From: Chamaesiphon sp.
GTDB lineage: Bacteria > Cyanobacteriota > Cyanobacteriia > Cyanobacteriales > Chamaesiphonaceae
DNA: 64,000 bases
Assembly: GCA_965246715.1 (NCBI GenBank)
Contig: CBDFFH010000009.1
Coordinates: forward strand, 95,239-159,238
Reading direction: 5' to 3'
Below the pieces are notes generated by a model, which was not told the origin of the DNA, did no database searches, and was given only the letters and a program-made list of their open reading frames with translations. This document shows positions 20,556 through 30,303 of this stretch, one piece after another. The translations under genes were made by a program, and so were the position numbers. Position 1 is the first letter of the stretch, and the number at the start of each line of letters is the position of its first letter.

Positions 20556-20969
20556 ATGCCGCTTTGGAGATTATTCTATCATCTGGCTTGGGCGACTAAA
20601 GATCGACAACCACTAATTAGCCCACACCACGAACGAATCCTCTATCCACATATTCAAGGAAAAGCTGATTTTCTCGAATGTCAATTACATGCGATCGGTG
20701 GTATCGAAGACCATATTCATCTCATTGTTTCAATCCCACCTAAGCTATCTATTTCAGATTTTGCCAAACGGATTAAAGGTAGTAGTTGCCGTTATTTAAA
20801 CCAAGAGATTGCAGAAGATAGCTATGTATTTGCATGGCAACATGAATATGCGGTGTTTTCGTTGGGCGAACAAAGATTAGAATGGGCGATCGCATATGTT
20901 GAAAATCAAAAACAACATCATGCAGCCGAAAAGCTAGTCAAAGTACTAGAACAAACAGAGCCAAGTTGA
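20556..20969 (+). CDS. tnpA: IS200/IS605-family HUH (Y1) transposase, REP-associated (RAYT-like)
   Basis: YHLAWATK, DHIH (HUH), KGSS, WQ, YVENQKQHH; flanked by palindromic repeats; no tnpB. Confidence 0.88.
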   Translation: MPLWRLFYHLAWATKDRQPLISPHHERILYPHIQGKADFLECQLHAIGGIEDHIHLIVSIPPKLSISDFAKRIKGSSCRYLNQEIAEDSYVFAWQHEYAVFSLGEQRLEWAIAYVENQKQHHAAEKLVKVLEQTEPS

Positions 20970-20973
20970 GGGG

Positions 20974-21291
20974 TATTAGTGGGATGCGACATCCGCGCTG
21001 AAATGGAATTTCGCGCTCACAGCCAAAGTCATCTGAAGATAACTACGCAGATCTCTTAGTTCGTTTCAACGAACTTACGCTCTTAGCCCCGAATTCATTC
21101 GAGGGCTTAGATCTCCACTAAATTCTATCGGCTATTAGTGGGATGCGACATCCGCGCTGAAATGGAATTTCGCGCTCATAGCCAAAGTTATCTGAAGATA
21201 ACTACACAGATCTCTTAGTTCGTGTCAACGAACTTACGCTCTCAGCCCCAAATTCATTTGAGGGCTTGGATCTCCACTAAATTCTAGAGAC
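20974..21291. repeat. Two tandem 159-bp REPIN-like units, family B
   Basis: Near-identical units start at 20974 and 21133. Confidence 0.9.
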
Positions 21292-21399
21292 TATTGGCGC
21301 GATCGCCAACCAATTCGATAGCATTTCGCCCCCAACAGGGCAGAATAACTCCAGCATCTAAAATAATAATTAGGCTCAATCCAAAATCCAACATCCAAA

Positions 21400-22995
21400 A
21401 TGTCCTTCCCCCCCAGCCATCAAGAAATCGTCGAAAAAATAGACCTAATGCTGCGGGCGCGGTATCCCCTGATTTATATCGTCGGTGCCGAAGAAGAACC
21501 GATCGAAACCGTACTCATCCAAGTAGCTGACAAATCCCAACCAGCGCGAGAACTCCGATTTTGGGATATCGTCAGAGGTTGGAGCGACAATGGAGCCGAT
21601 AAAGGTTCGGCAATTGCCGCATTAGGGCGAGTTGCTAAAGCTCCCGCCGATAAACCCGCGATCTTTGTCTTGCAAGACTTGCATCCCGTCTTGAAATCTC
21701 CCCTCCAGCCGCCCCACGTTCCGATCGTGCGGGAGATCAAGAACCTCACCCGCGAACTCAAACGCAGCCGAAAAACGCTGATTTTAACCAGCTATTCCCT
21801 CGACGTACCGCCAGAATTTATTGAAGAGACAACCACGATCGATTTTCCGCTCCCCGATGCTAGTGAAATCGATTATCTGATCTCCCAATTAGTCGTCCCC
21901 GATCGACTCAAACTCTCCCCGCTCGGGAGAGAGCAATTAGTCAAAGCCTGTCAGGGATTGAGTCGGGCGCGGATTCAACGCGTCTTAGCTGCCGCCCTCG
22001 CCGCCAAACAGCAGGTGACGGAACAAGATATCGATCGAGTGTTGGAAGCCAAGCAACAAGCCATTCGCCAAACCGGAATCCTCGAATTTTTTACCACACA
22101 AGAATCGCTCAAGAGCGTCGGCGGCTTGGATAACCTCAAACAATGGGTGCGGATGCGTCAGGATGCCTTTACAGAGGAAGCTAGGCGCTATGGAATACCC
22201 AATCCCAAGGGGGTGCTACTCGCAGGAATCCAGGGTACAGGGAAATCCCTCTCAGCAAAAACGATCGCGCATGAGTGGCGATTGCCCCTATTGCGGTTGG
22301 ATGCGGGGCGGTTATTTGGCGGGTTGGTGGGGGAGAGTGAGAGCAAAGTCCGTCAGATGATTCGGATTGTCGAAGCTGTCGCGCCTTGCGTGTTGTGGAT
22401 GGATGAAATCGACAAGGCGTTTGGGAATATCAATGGGGGGTTCGATGGCGATTCGGGGACGAGTCGGCGGGTATTTGGCAGTTTGATTACCTGGATGCAG
22501 GAAAAAACCAGTCCGGTATTTATCGTCGCGACGGCGAATAACGTTCAAATTTTACCTGCGGAATTGTTACGCAAAGGACGATTCGATGAGATCTTTTTCT
22601 TGAATCTACCGACAGAAACCGAGCGGTTAGAAATCTTTCGCGTACATCTTCAAAAACTCCGCCCCAGTAGATTGCGCGAATTTAACCTCGAATTATTAGC
22701 CCGACATTCGCTAGATTATAGTGGTGCCGAAATCGAACAAGCGATCGTCGAAGGAATGCAACAGGCGTTTAGTCGCGGCACGATTGGCAATCGATCGGAT
22801 TTCAATACCGAAGATATCATCCGCGCCTTAGAAGAAACTGTACCATTAGCCTCGATCGCGCGTCCACAAATCGACGCACTCAAACAATGGGCAGCTACCG
22901 CTGGCGCACGTCCAGCTTCGATCGATCGGAAGTTAGCTGAAGAGCTACGGCAAGTTAGCAAAAGGCGGGGCATCGATCCTCTGGAAGTCGATTGA
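21400..22995 (+). CDS. Ycf46-like AAA+ ATPase
   Basis: GIQGTGKS, LWMDEIDK, ELLRKGRFDE; upstream of a DUF1257 gene. Confidence 0.9.
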   Translation: MSFPPSHQEIVEKIDLMLRARYPLIYIVGAEEEPIETVLIQVADKSQPARELRFWDIVRGWSDNGADKGSAIAALGRVAKAPADKPAIFVLQDLHPVLKSPLQPPHVPIVREIKNLTRELKRSRKTLILTSYSLDVPPEFIEETTTIDFPLPDASEIDYLISQLVVPDRLKLSPLGREQLVKACQGLSRARIQRVLAAALAAKQQVTEQDIDRVLEAKQQAIRQTGILEFFTTQESLKSVGGLDNLKQWVRMRQDAFTEEARRYGIPNPKGVLLAGIQGTGKSLSAKTIAHEWRLPLLRLDAGRLFGGLVGESESKVRQMIRIVEAVAPCVLWMDEIDKAFGNINGGFDGDSGTSRRVFGSLITWMQEKTSPVFIVATANNVQILPAELLRKGRFDEIFFLNLPTETERLEIFRVHLQKLRPSRLREFNLELLARHSLDYSGAEIEQAIVEGMQQAFSRGTIGNRSDFNTEDIIRALEETVPLASIARPQIDALKQWAATAGARPASIDRKLAEELRQVSKRRGIDPLEVD

Positions 22996-23028
22996 TTGGG
23001 GATTGGGGATTGGGGATTGTGGATTGGG
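22994..23028. repeat. STRR heptamer repeat (GATTGGG)n
   Basis: gattggg gattggg gattggg gattgtg gattggg. Confidence 0.8.
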
Positions 23029-23060
23029 CATTTTACGTTTAGATGTCAAGATTTGGGTTT

Positions 23061-23447
23061 ATGAATCAGCAGGAGTTTAAGAATAGGACTAAACAGTTGG
23101 CGATAAGAACAATTAAGATGGTTGAATCATTGCCTCAAACTACCACAGCACAAGTTATTGGTAAACAGGTCTTGAGATCGTCTACATCTGTTGGTGCCAA
23201 TTACAGAGCAGCGTGTAGAGCAAAGTCTACACCAGATATGCTTTATAAACTTGCCATCGTTGAAGAAGAGGCCGACGAAACCTCATATTGGTTAGAATTA
23301 TTAGTAGAAGCACAAATCGTCCCCACAGCCCGGCTTAAAAACCTGATGTCCGAAGTTGATGAAATCACCGCCATGATTGTCTCCTCCATCAAAACCCTCC
23401 GCCAAAAGTCAAAAGTATCTAACCCCAAATCAAATAATCTTCGTTAA
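23061..23447 (+). CDS. Four-helix-bundle protein (23S rRNA-IVP/TIGR02436-like)
   Basis: KQVLRSSTSVGANYRAA, EEEADETSYWLELL. Confidence 0.88.
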   Translation: MNQQEFKNRTKQLAIRTIKMVESLPQTTTAQVIGKQVLRSSTSVGANYRAACRAKSTPDMLYKLAIVEEEADETSYWLELLVEAQIVPTARLKNLMSEVDEITAMIVSSIKTLRQKSKVSNPKSNNLR

Positions 23448-23488
23448 AACTCACTCTTTCAATCTGCAATCCCAAATCCGAAATTCCT

Positions 23489-23872
23489 ATGTCTCATTTT
23501 ACAACCATTAAAGTCCAAATCAAAAACGGTGAAGTGCTAGCTGATGTTCTTAACGAATTAGGTCATAAAGTAGAAACAAATACACAAGTACGTGGTTATC
23601 AAGGCGATCGAATTCAGGCTGAATACGTCATCCGCCGTCAAAATGGTTATGACATCGGCTTTCGCAAAGAAAAAGATGATGACGATAACTATGAAATCAT
23701 TGCTGATTTCTGGGGTACGCAGCTAAATCAAACCCAATTTGTCAACGAAATCCAACAAAAATACGCTCACAAAATGCTGCTAACTACAGCGGCAAATCAG
23801 GGCTATACGATCGAAGCAGAAGATGTATTAGCAGATGGTACGGTGCGGGTTGTGGTTGGACGATGGATTTAA
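23489..23872 (+). CDS. DUF1257 (Ycf35-like) protein
   Basis: MSHFTTIK, VRGYQG, YDIGF, ADFW, QKYA. Confidence 0.88.
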   Translation: MSHFTTIKVQIKNGEVLADVLNELGHKVETNTQVRGYQGDRIQAEYVIRRQNGYDIGFRKEKDDDDNYEIIADFWGTQLNQTQFVNEIQQKYAHKMLLTTAANQGYTIEAEDVLADGTVRVVVGRWI

Positions 23873-23899
23873 AGCGTAATTTCTTGGGGGGTGAGCCTC

Positions 23900-24150
23900 G
23901 GATAATTGATAAATCTCTAATTAATATGTGACTAGTTTGATGAACTGTATCTGTGTAACTTTGACAATTAGGGCAGTTAATACCCTCGTTAGTTAGCTGT
24001 AAATGGAGAAATATAAATCCAGCTTCTTTATCGCAAGTGAAAACGGTGGTATTCGGTAAATTTAATAAAGAGTTTAGGTGAAAGTCCATATTGAGGAGAG
24101 GTGTAAAATGTAGCTTTCGCTACATTTTACACTATTTAGCGGAGAGATCC
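23900..24150 (-). pseudogene. ISL3-family transposase 5' remnant with left end
   Basis: LLNLPN...CPNC...HQ...IRDLSI zinc-finger N-terminus, then homology stops; candidate end GGATCTCTCCGC at 24150; hairpin at about 24101-24132. Confidence 0.75.
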
Positions 24151-24190
24151 CTAACTGGAATTGTCAGACCGAGGAAGGCATAGGTTTCAC

Positions 24191-24784
24191 CTATTTATAA
24201 AGATTGAAGTATTGTCCACAAACCAAGTATGCCGTACCTTTCACCTTAAAGTTTTTAGTGTATTGTTTTGCCTTTACATATATCTTTTCAAATGATGAAT
24301 ATTTCAACAACATATCTTCGCCACCGAAGTAAAGAACTACGATATCCTTAAATCCATTTGTTCGATCGGAAGTAACAATAAATCTACTAAAAGATAAGAA
24401 AGAGTCGATTAGTGAATATTGACTGCCGTTATGTTTTAAAATCTCAATCGGACAACCACCCATATCACATAAAAATGGAGAGGGAGATGAAAAGATTCTA
24501 AGTAATATCTCAGGTTGGCCATCTCCATCAAGATCGACTTTGTTATACGAGTATAAAACAGAACCTTTAGAATATAATATTCCTGAATGCTCTGTTCGGA
24601 TATATTGCTCGATTTTATTATCTCTAGAAGAAAAATTCTTAGCAACTTTTACTTCGCTGACATCAATCCCAGATCGAGTTGAAAGAGAGCATTCATCTTC
24701 ACTCCGAACAGAAGTGGTGGCAATAATCAAACAAATGATTGTTGATAGGATAGCTAACTTTTTTGCAACTTTAGGATATATCAT
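24191..24784 (-). CDS. Secreted hypothetical protein with DxDGDG motif
   Basis: Signal peptide; DLDGDGQPE, CDMGGC, TNGFKDI; AT-rich. Confidence 0.65.
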   Translation of the reverse strand: MIYPKVAKKLAILSTIICLIIATTSVRSEDECSLSTRSGIDVSEVKVAKNFSSRDNKIEQYIRTEHSGILYSKGSVLYSYNKVDLDGDGQPEILLRIFSSPSPFLCDMGGCPIEILKHNGSQYSLIDSFLSFSRFIVTSDRTNGFKDIVVLYFGGEDMLLKYSSFEKIYVKAKQYTKNFKVKGTAYLVCGQYFNLYK

Positions 24785-24848
24785 AATTTTCGATTACAGA
24801 CTGGATAAGATGGCTGCACTAGCATATAGCAGCCAAAGCGACTTGAGA

Positions 24849-25784
24849 TCATGCAGTAAACTTGCGGACTATTTCTGACTCTCCCAGCCCTAATTCCACA
24901 GTGAATTCTTCACCAAGTTCTGCGGTAAAATTTAGCTGATTCCAATTGTCACCTGGTTTAGAAGTGACGGCGATCGATTCTCCCGATCGATCTGTGAGGG
25001 TTAACTTTACGCCAACGGGTAACTCTGTCTGTCCGACTGGATAAACTTGGATGAGAATATCTAACTCCAAGGGATTTTCGGTCGAGCAGAGATCGACAAC
25101 CAAAATTAGCGAGTTAACGCCTACTTGGAGCGCGAAATCAAACTTTTGACCCCGCTTGATACTGAGTCCGCTCCGACACAATCTCAGTTGCTCTGGACTT
25201 AATAAGCGATCGAGTGTTTCCCAGCCACTGTCGATCTGTCGCTCCAACCATTGCCCTAACTGGACGATGGGCGGACGTTCTAGGTTAGTTAAATATTCGA
25301 TCGAACTCTCTAGATCGACCAATTTAGTAAGTTCGATCGATCCAGTCTGTTGGCGACTAAAACCCAAGATCGTTGCTTCAGTTTCCGTCTCATTCAATCG
25401 CACGGGAAGATAGCCGATGCGCTCGCGTTCGGATTCGGGGGGAATAGTGCAGGTGGTAAGATTTGGAGCTACTGGAATACATTCTAATTTACCGATGCCT
25501 TCAACGATCAAGTCAGCAACATTGGTGAGTTTGACGAGTAATGGGTTGCGACTGTCGCTGTGCGGCCAATCCGTGGCAAATCCCAAACAGCGGAGGTAAT
25601 AATCGACAGCATACACGGCTAAAGCGTTGCGATAGACGAGATCGAATTTAGATCGATCGGTTATCCCTTGCGCCGATGTTTGGGCGAGTGCGTGGGCATC
25701 TTGGGGTAAGGTAACTGTAAAGGTAAGTAATTTACTATCGAGATCGTGCATTGCGAGAGCCTCTTGAAATAATCTGTTCGACAT
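24849..25784 (-). CDS. DUF1822 family protein (putative anti-sigma/protease substrate)
   Basis: YRNALAVYAVDYYL, ADL...GKLECIPV, RIGYLPV, EATILGF, LGQWL...GW; directly downstream of the sigma-like gene. Confidence 0.85.
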   Translation of the reverse strand: MSNRLFQEALAMHDLDSKLLTFTVTLPQDAHALAQTSAQGITDRSKFDLVYRNALAVYAVDYYLRCLGFATDWPHSDSRNPLLVKLTNVADLIVEGIGKLECIPVAPNLTTCTIPPESERERIGYLPVRLNETETEATILGFSRQQTGSIELTKLVDLESSIEYLTNLERPPIVQLGQWLERQIDSGWETLDRLLSPEQLRLCRSGLSIKRGQKFDFALQVGVNSLILVVDLCSTENPLELDILIQVYPVGQTELPVGVKLTLTDRSGESIAVTSKPGDNWNQLNFTAELGEEFTVELGLGESEIVRKFTA

Positions 25785-26324
25785 TCGAGCGATATTTAAT
25801 AATTTTAATCAGAGTTATTGACGCTCTAATCGGCTAGTAGTAAGTATAAATAATGAAAATAACCGCTACTGTAAATGATTCTGGAGATAGGGTAGATAAT
25901 TACGCAAATTGCGCTGATAAAAGCTCGATGCTGTCGGGATCGATGTGTTGAGGGCAGTAGCGATTTCTTGCCAACTTTTCCCGCCGCAGACCATTAATAG
26001 AATCGCTTGAAATGTAGCATCTGGTAGAGTTTGAATGTGCTCCTTGGCAAGTAATCCATCGGGGTCGTCGGTGATAAAATCGACTAGTAATTTGAGATCG
26101 TTATCCCCAGCCTCTGGTTGAGGGATCTCGCGCGTGCTAGTCGTCGCATCGTGGGAATTAACCGTTCGATCGGTTTCCTGCCATTGAATGCGGGCTTGCC
26201 TGGGGAGATTGGTGATGCCTCTTTTTTGATACTTTTGATAGACATCTTGAAACCGAAAATTAAAGATATTATTTACCCAGGCCATTACCGAATATTGGGG
26301 GTTGTAAGTAGCGATTTTGCGACA

Positions 26325-27812
26325 CAGGGTGAACGCATCAAAACAGGATTTATTTCGATCGAGAGCCACTAAAATAGGCGATTAATGATATTCGATTGCT
26401 TAACTACAATTACGACAATATCAATAAAATCGAAACCAAAGACGAGGTTAAATTAACTCAATTTAGTCCGGCAAAAGTGCGGCTAAAGATATTTAGCCAA
26501 ATTCATACTCTGGGGTTAGTTAAATTTAGGCTAAAATAGCCTCTAGAAGTTCGCGCGAATATTCTTCATCAAGGCTCGCAAGAAATCGCTTCTTCCTAAC
26601 ACTTAGTTTTCGACTCTTGTTCTGACTCATTATATTAACTGCTATATGTCTTAAAACAGCAAAATTAGCTGGAGCATTATCTTTTCTAATTCGACTAATG
26701 TCTTCTTTGAAAATAACATCAAGTACCCAATGGAGTGAATTTTCTATCGACCAATGACCTCTGATTGCTTCTGCTAGTTTTTCAACATTATCTTCTAAGC
26801 TACTGATGAAATAACGAGCTTCTACGCTGGTTTTTTCATTGACAACTCGAACTGATTCTACCATGCAAATACTAGTCAGATTTTGCCATTTTAGCAATGG
26901 ATCTATTGATGTTGCAATGTCTGATATCATTAGGTAATTACGAGTTTCCTCTCTACCTCTATTCATCTCTCTACTGCTGAAGCTATGCGTTTTCAGACTT
27001 TCACCACGAGTTTTAATCGCCTGTTTGAATAGCTGTTCTACCCTTTCATATAAACTTGGTTGATTCTTTTTGACAGCAATTACATAATCTGCTTCTTTTT
27101 TGACAATTTTCTTGACTATTTCTCGCTGACATCCCATTGCATCAATTGTCACTATACATCCAGCTAGATCTAAGGCATTAATCAACTCAGGCAATGCAGT
27201 AATTTCATTTGATTTACTCTCGACTTTTGTTTGTCCTAATACTAATCTATTACTTGCTGCCCAAGCACTGACCGTATTAATTACTCCTTTACCATTTTTT
27301 TCGTCTCTTGAATTTCGAGATTGTTTTCCATCAAATGCGATTATCTCTCCTGCTGTTATTTTACTTATTCCTTTAATCCAATGCAGGAAAGATTTATTGA
27401 ATTCTTCAGGATTAATTTGTGAAAATACCCGTGCAAATGTATCGTGAGATGGTATCCCATTCGGTAATTCTAGAAATTCCTCCAGCCATTTTTTTCTGGT
27501 GATGCCATACAGCTCTATGTCTTCCCATCCATCTGCTCCACATACTACTGCACAAATCGAGATCGTGATAATATCGATTAGTTTGTGTTTTTTCCCCCGT
27601 TCAATTCTAATGTCTTTTATGTCACCAAAGTGTTCTGCGATACTATGCCTTGGCTTTAGCTTCATTTGACGCGATCTGAATTTCCAATAAATATAACATA
27701 ATTAACTGGCTATACTTGTTTACCATTAAAGCTTTCATACTTTTCGTAATTCAAATCTGCAACTGATTTGCGAGGATTTTAAATAGTAGGAAATTTAAGT
27801 GCGTTCACCCTG
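26325..27812 (-). mobile_element. ISAs1-family insertion sequence
   Basis: TIR CAGGGTGAACGCA at both ends; 10-bp TSD TTTTGCGACA (26315-26324, 27813-27822). Confidence 0.95.
26526..27665 (-). CDS. ISAs1 transposase
   Basis: GIPSHDTF, DGK, KSNEITA, TIDAMGCQ, HWSIENSLHWVLDV. Confidence 0.96.
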   Translation of the reverse strand: MKLKPRHSIAEHFGDIKDIRIERGKKHKLIDIITISICAVVCGADGWEDIELYGITRKKWLEEFLELPNGIPSHDTFARVFSQINPEEFNKSFLHWIKGISKITAGEIIAFDGKQSRNSRDEKNGKGVINTVSAWAASNRLVLGQTKVESKSNEITALPELINALDLAGCIVTIDAMGCQREIVKKIVKKEADYVIAVKKNQPSLYERVEQLFKQAIKTRGESLKTHSFSSREMNRGREETRNYLMISDIATSIDPLLKWQNLTSICMVESVRVVNEKTSVEARYFISSLEDNVEKLAEAIRGHWSIENSLHWVLDVIFKEDISRIRKDNAPANFAVLRHIAVNIMSQNKSRKLSVRKKRFLASLDEEYSRELLEAILA

Positions 27813-28019
27813 TTTTGCGACAGATTTCCAGCAGCGTCTCGTTGAGAGCTTCATCATAAATATCTTGAAAATTGGGAATGTTCGACCAGTTACGTTGTCT
27901 GGCGATACTGTCAGATTGACGAATGGCACTCATTAATTTTGATAAAGCAATCCGCCGTTGCGAACTGCGATCGGGAGCTGTTTGGGCTTGTGCTACTAGT
28001 TGGCGTAATTCATCCATAT

Positions 28020-28487
28020 TTAACATCTCGCGCTTAACTGATGTAACATCGGGCCGACTTGTTGCATCGAGCCACTAGTAGCGTAATTTCTGCCTAAAAT
28101 CGCCATGTTGGGGGTGGAGTCAAAGGCTTGTTTGAGTTTAAAAATCTCTGTGGTGGTATAGATTGTCTCATCGGTCGCGATCGAGTATGCACCATAAGTA
28201 AGTTCGATTTTCCAGCGATCGTAACCTTGATGTCGATATCCCAAGCCGATCGTCCGCTCGATCGGAATCGATAACGCTCGAAAGTTCTGGAGTTGTTTTT
28301 GTTCGATCTTCGGGATCCGTTCGGCTACTACTTGTTGCAACTTTGGGGAGATAACGACCTTGCCAGTTTGAATCTCGATCGTTTTAGTCTGTGCGGGTTG
28401 TTGGACGTAGGCAACAATTGCTAAATCGGGGCGGGTCAATCGATTGCAGAAGGTAAAATGCTCGATCGGTAAGATGGTTGCTAACAT
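28020..28487 (-). CDS. Hypothetical protein, first gene of the sigma-DUF1822 operon
   Basis: 155 aa; stop overlaps the sigma start region. Confidence 0.55.
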   Translation of the reverse strand: MLATILPIEHFTFCNRLTRPDLAIVAYVQQPAQTKTIEIQTGKVVISPKLQQVVAERIPKIEQKQLQNFRALSIPIERTIGLGYRHQGYDRWKIELTYGAYSIATDETIYTTTEIFKLKQAFDSTPNMAILGRNYATSGSMQQVGPMLHQLSARC

Positions 28488-28517
28488 AAATTTTCAATAC
28501 AGCAGTCGATATTACTA

Positions 28518-28545
28518 ATTCATGTCAGACTCAAGCTTTTTATGC
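28518..28545 (-). promoter_or_regulatory. Putative alternative-sigma promoter GCATAAAA-N16-GAAT (sigma operon)
   Basis: GCATAAAA AGCTTGAGTCTGACAT GAAT, 30 bp upstream of the ATG at 28487. Confidence 0.7.
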
Positions 28546-28685
28546 GTCAGCAGCTCGAAAATCTCGATCGATCTCATTATTCATAGCTTTGTAACAAGGG
28601 TTATTTATATTAAAGGGTACGAGGAAAACGAGTCATACAAATAGCAACTTGGAATATCGATTTGGTAGTTAGCGATCGATCGAAT

Positions 28686-29498
28686 CTAGAATTCACATAC
28701 AGATGCTTTAACTGGATAAACTTTCGCACTAATTTGATTTGAATCGAGAGTGAGATCTGTCAATTTAGTCAACCCAGACAATGGCTTGACATCACCGATC
28801 TGATTTGATATGAGGATGAGAGCTTTCAAGTTAGTCAACTTAGCTAATGGCTTAACATCACTAATTTTATTTGAATCGAGGAAGAGAGCTTTCAAGTTAG
28901 TCAACCCAGCTAATGACTTGACATCACTAATTTTATTTGAACTGAGGTGGAGATAGACTAAGTTAGTCAACCCAGCTAATGGCTTGATATCACCGATTTG
29001 ATTTGAACTGAGGGCGAGTTCGGTCAAGTTGGTCAAACTAGCTAATAGCTTGCTATCACTGATTCGATTCTCGCTGAGGTCGAGATAGGTTAACTTAGTC
29101 AACCCAGCTAATGGCTTGACATCACCGATTTGATTTGAACTGAGGTCGAGTTCGGTCAAGTTGGTCAACCTAGCTAATAGCTTGATATCACCGATTCGAT
29201 TCTCGCTGAGGTCGAGATAGGTTAACTTAGTCAATCCAGCTAATGGCTTGATATGACTGATTTGATTCGATCTGAGGTCGAGTTTGTTAAGACTTCTAAG
29301 TTTAGAGTCGGCTGCTTGACAATTGTTAGTACCAGCTTTTTTCAATAAAACATCGATCGTGTGTCTGGTTGCCGCAGGGACAGATGATTTCTGTTGACAC
29401 CACTGAGCAAAGCTTTTCGTTTGTGCGGAAGCTGTTGAGACAAGTGTAGCTTGGACTAGAAGTGTTAATCCGATCGCAAGGAAGAAGAGTTTTTTCAT
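28686..29498 (-). CDS. Secreted internalin-like leucine-rich repeat protein
   Basis: Signal peptide MKKLFFLAIG; FAQWC cap; 22-aa repeats LxxLxLSSNQIGDVKPLAGLTN. Confidence 0.92.
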   Translation of the reverse strand: MKKLFFLAIGLTLLVQATLVSTASAQTKSFAQWCQQKSSVPAATRHTIDVLLKKAGTNNCQAADSKLRSLNKLDLRSNQISHIKPLAGLTKLTYLDLSENRIGDIKLLARLTNLTELDLSSNQIGDVKPLAGLTKLTYLDLSENRISDSKLLASLTNLTELALSSNQIGDIKPLAGLTNLVYLHLSSNKISDVKSLAGLTNLKALFLDSNKISDVKPLAKLTNLKALILISNQIGDVKPLSGLTKLTDLTLDSNQISAKVYPVKASVCEF

Positions 29499-29550
29499 GA
29501 GTTGGGGAATTGGATAAATTAGCAATATTTGGTGGTTCAAAAAAAGCCAG

Positions 29551-29584
29551 GGCATAATTCGGTGATTTCCGCCGAATTATGCCC
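29551..29584. terminator. Hairpin between the Cys-rich gene and the LRR gene
   Basis: GGGCATAATTCGG...CCGAATTATGCCC; T-run shortly after it on the minus strand. Confidence 0.55.
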
Positions 29585-29642
29585 TCAAGACATTAGATTT
29601 AGCTTCAGAACCAGCTATTTTTAATTACACTATCAATGACTG

Positions 29643-30158
29643 CTATTGAGGCGGGGGCATCTTATATTCCGACTTTGGCGTGTAATAACTCATATTGCAG
29701 AACCACTTGCCAAAAGTATCTTGCACGCAGACACCAACGCTCTCAGGTACGCGCGAAACCGTGCAGTTGCCTCCTGCTGGATGTACGCCGCTAATGGTAT
29801 AACAGAGGTAGTGAACTACACTACCTTGGAGATCGTATGCAGGCTTGGCTGTATCGATATTGTTAAAAATTCGGAAATCATTGCTACGAACCTGGCGCGG
29901 TTTGGAAACTTGCAAGTTGAGGATGTCCATGAATTGTGTTGAGTAATTGCGTTGGTATCCACCACTTTCTCGATCGCAAGCAGCATAGATCGCTGCTTGT
30001 CTAGCACCGATCGCACCGCTTGTTGGTGCCATTCTCGATCCACAAGCCCGAGACTGGCGGTTGGTACCGATATTACGAGATTGAGCGGTGACGAGGCAGG
30101 GACTTAGTAGTGTCAGCAGCGCACAGCCGACGATCGCGAGCGTGATTCTTGATTTCAT
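29643..30158 (-). CDS. Secreted Cys-rich hypothetical protein, paralog 2
   Basis: Signal peptide; six conserved Cys in the mature part; close paralog of 30304-30822. Confidence 0.8.
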   Translation of the reverse strand: MKSRITLAIVGCALLTLLSPCLVTAQSRNIGTNRQSRACGSRMAPTSGAIGARQAAIYAACDRESGGYQRNYSTQFMDILNLQVSKPRQVRSNDFRIFNNIDTAKPAYDLQGSVVHYLCYTISGVHPAGGNCTVSRVPESVGVCVQDTFGKWFCNMSYYTPKSEYKMPPPQ

Positions 30159-30303
30159 ATTGAGTTTAGATGTGGATTGGACGAGAGTAGATTAGGCTTC
30201 GTAACCTAAATGAACTTTTACAGATTTTTAGATAGTCGGATCTTAAAATCGGCTATTTTTACTAAAAACTAGAGTTGGCTAAATTATCCGTAATCTATGA
30301 TTG

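Larger units (their letters stand above)
25866..28026 (-). pseudogene. Sigma-70/ECF-like factor interrupted by ISAs1
   Basis: Removing the IS and one TSD gives a 663-bp open frame (220 aa) joining ...YDEALNETLLEICRK/IATYNPQYSVMAWVN..., with C-terminal HTH KSWQEIATALNTSIPTASSFYQR. Confidence 0.82.

Noticed and set aside
20974..21291. Possible CRISPR array
   Set aside because: Units are 159-bp near-identical tandem repeats without unique spacers, and there are no cas genes.
19079..23447. Possible DGR (FGE-sulfatase target plus Avd-like four-helix bundle)
   Set aside because: No template repeat or DGR-type RT in the window, and the C-terminal codons do not look AAC-derived. A remote target cannot be fully excluded.
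26325..26369. Start of the 167-aa ORF as an independent gene
   Set aside because: Lies in the ISAs1 end; the ORF is the 3' part of the split sigma gene.
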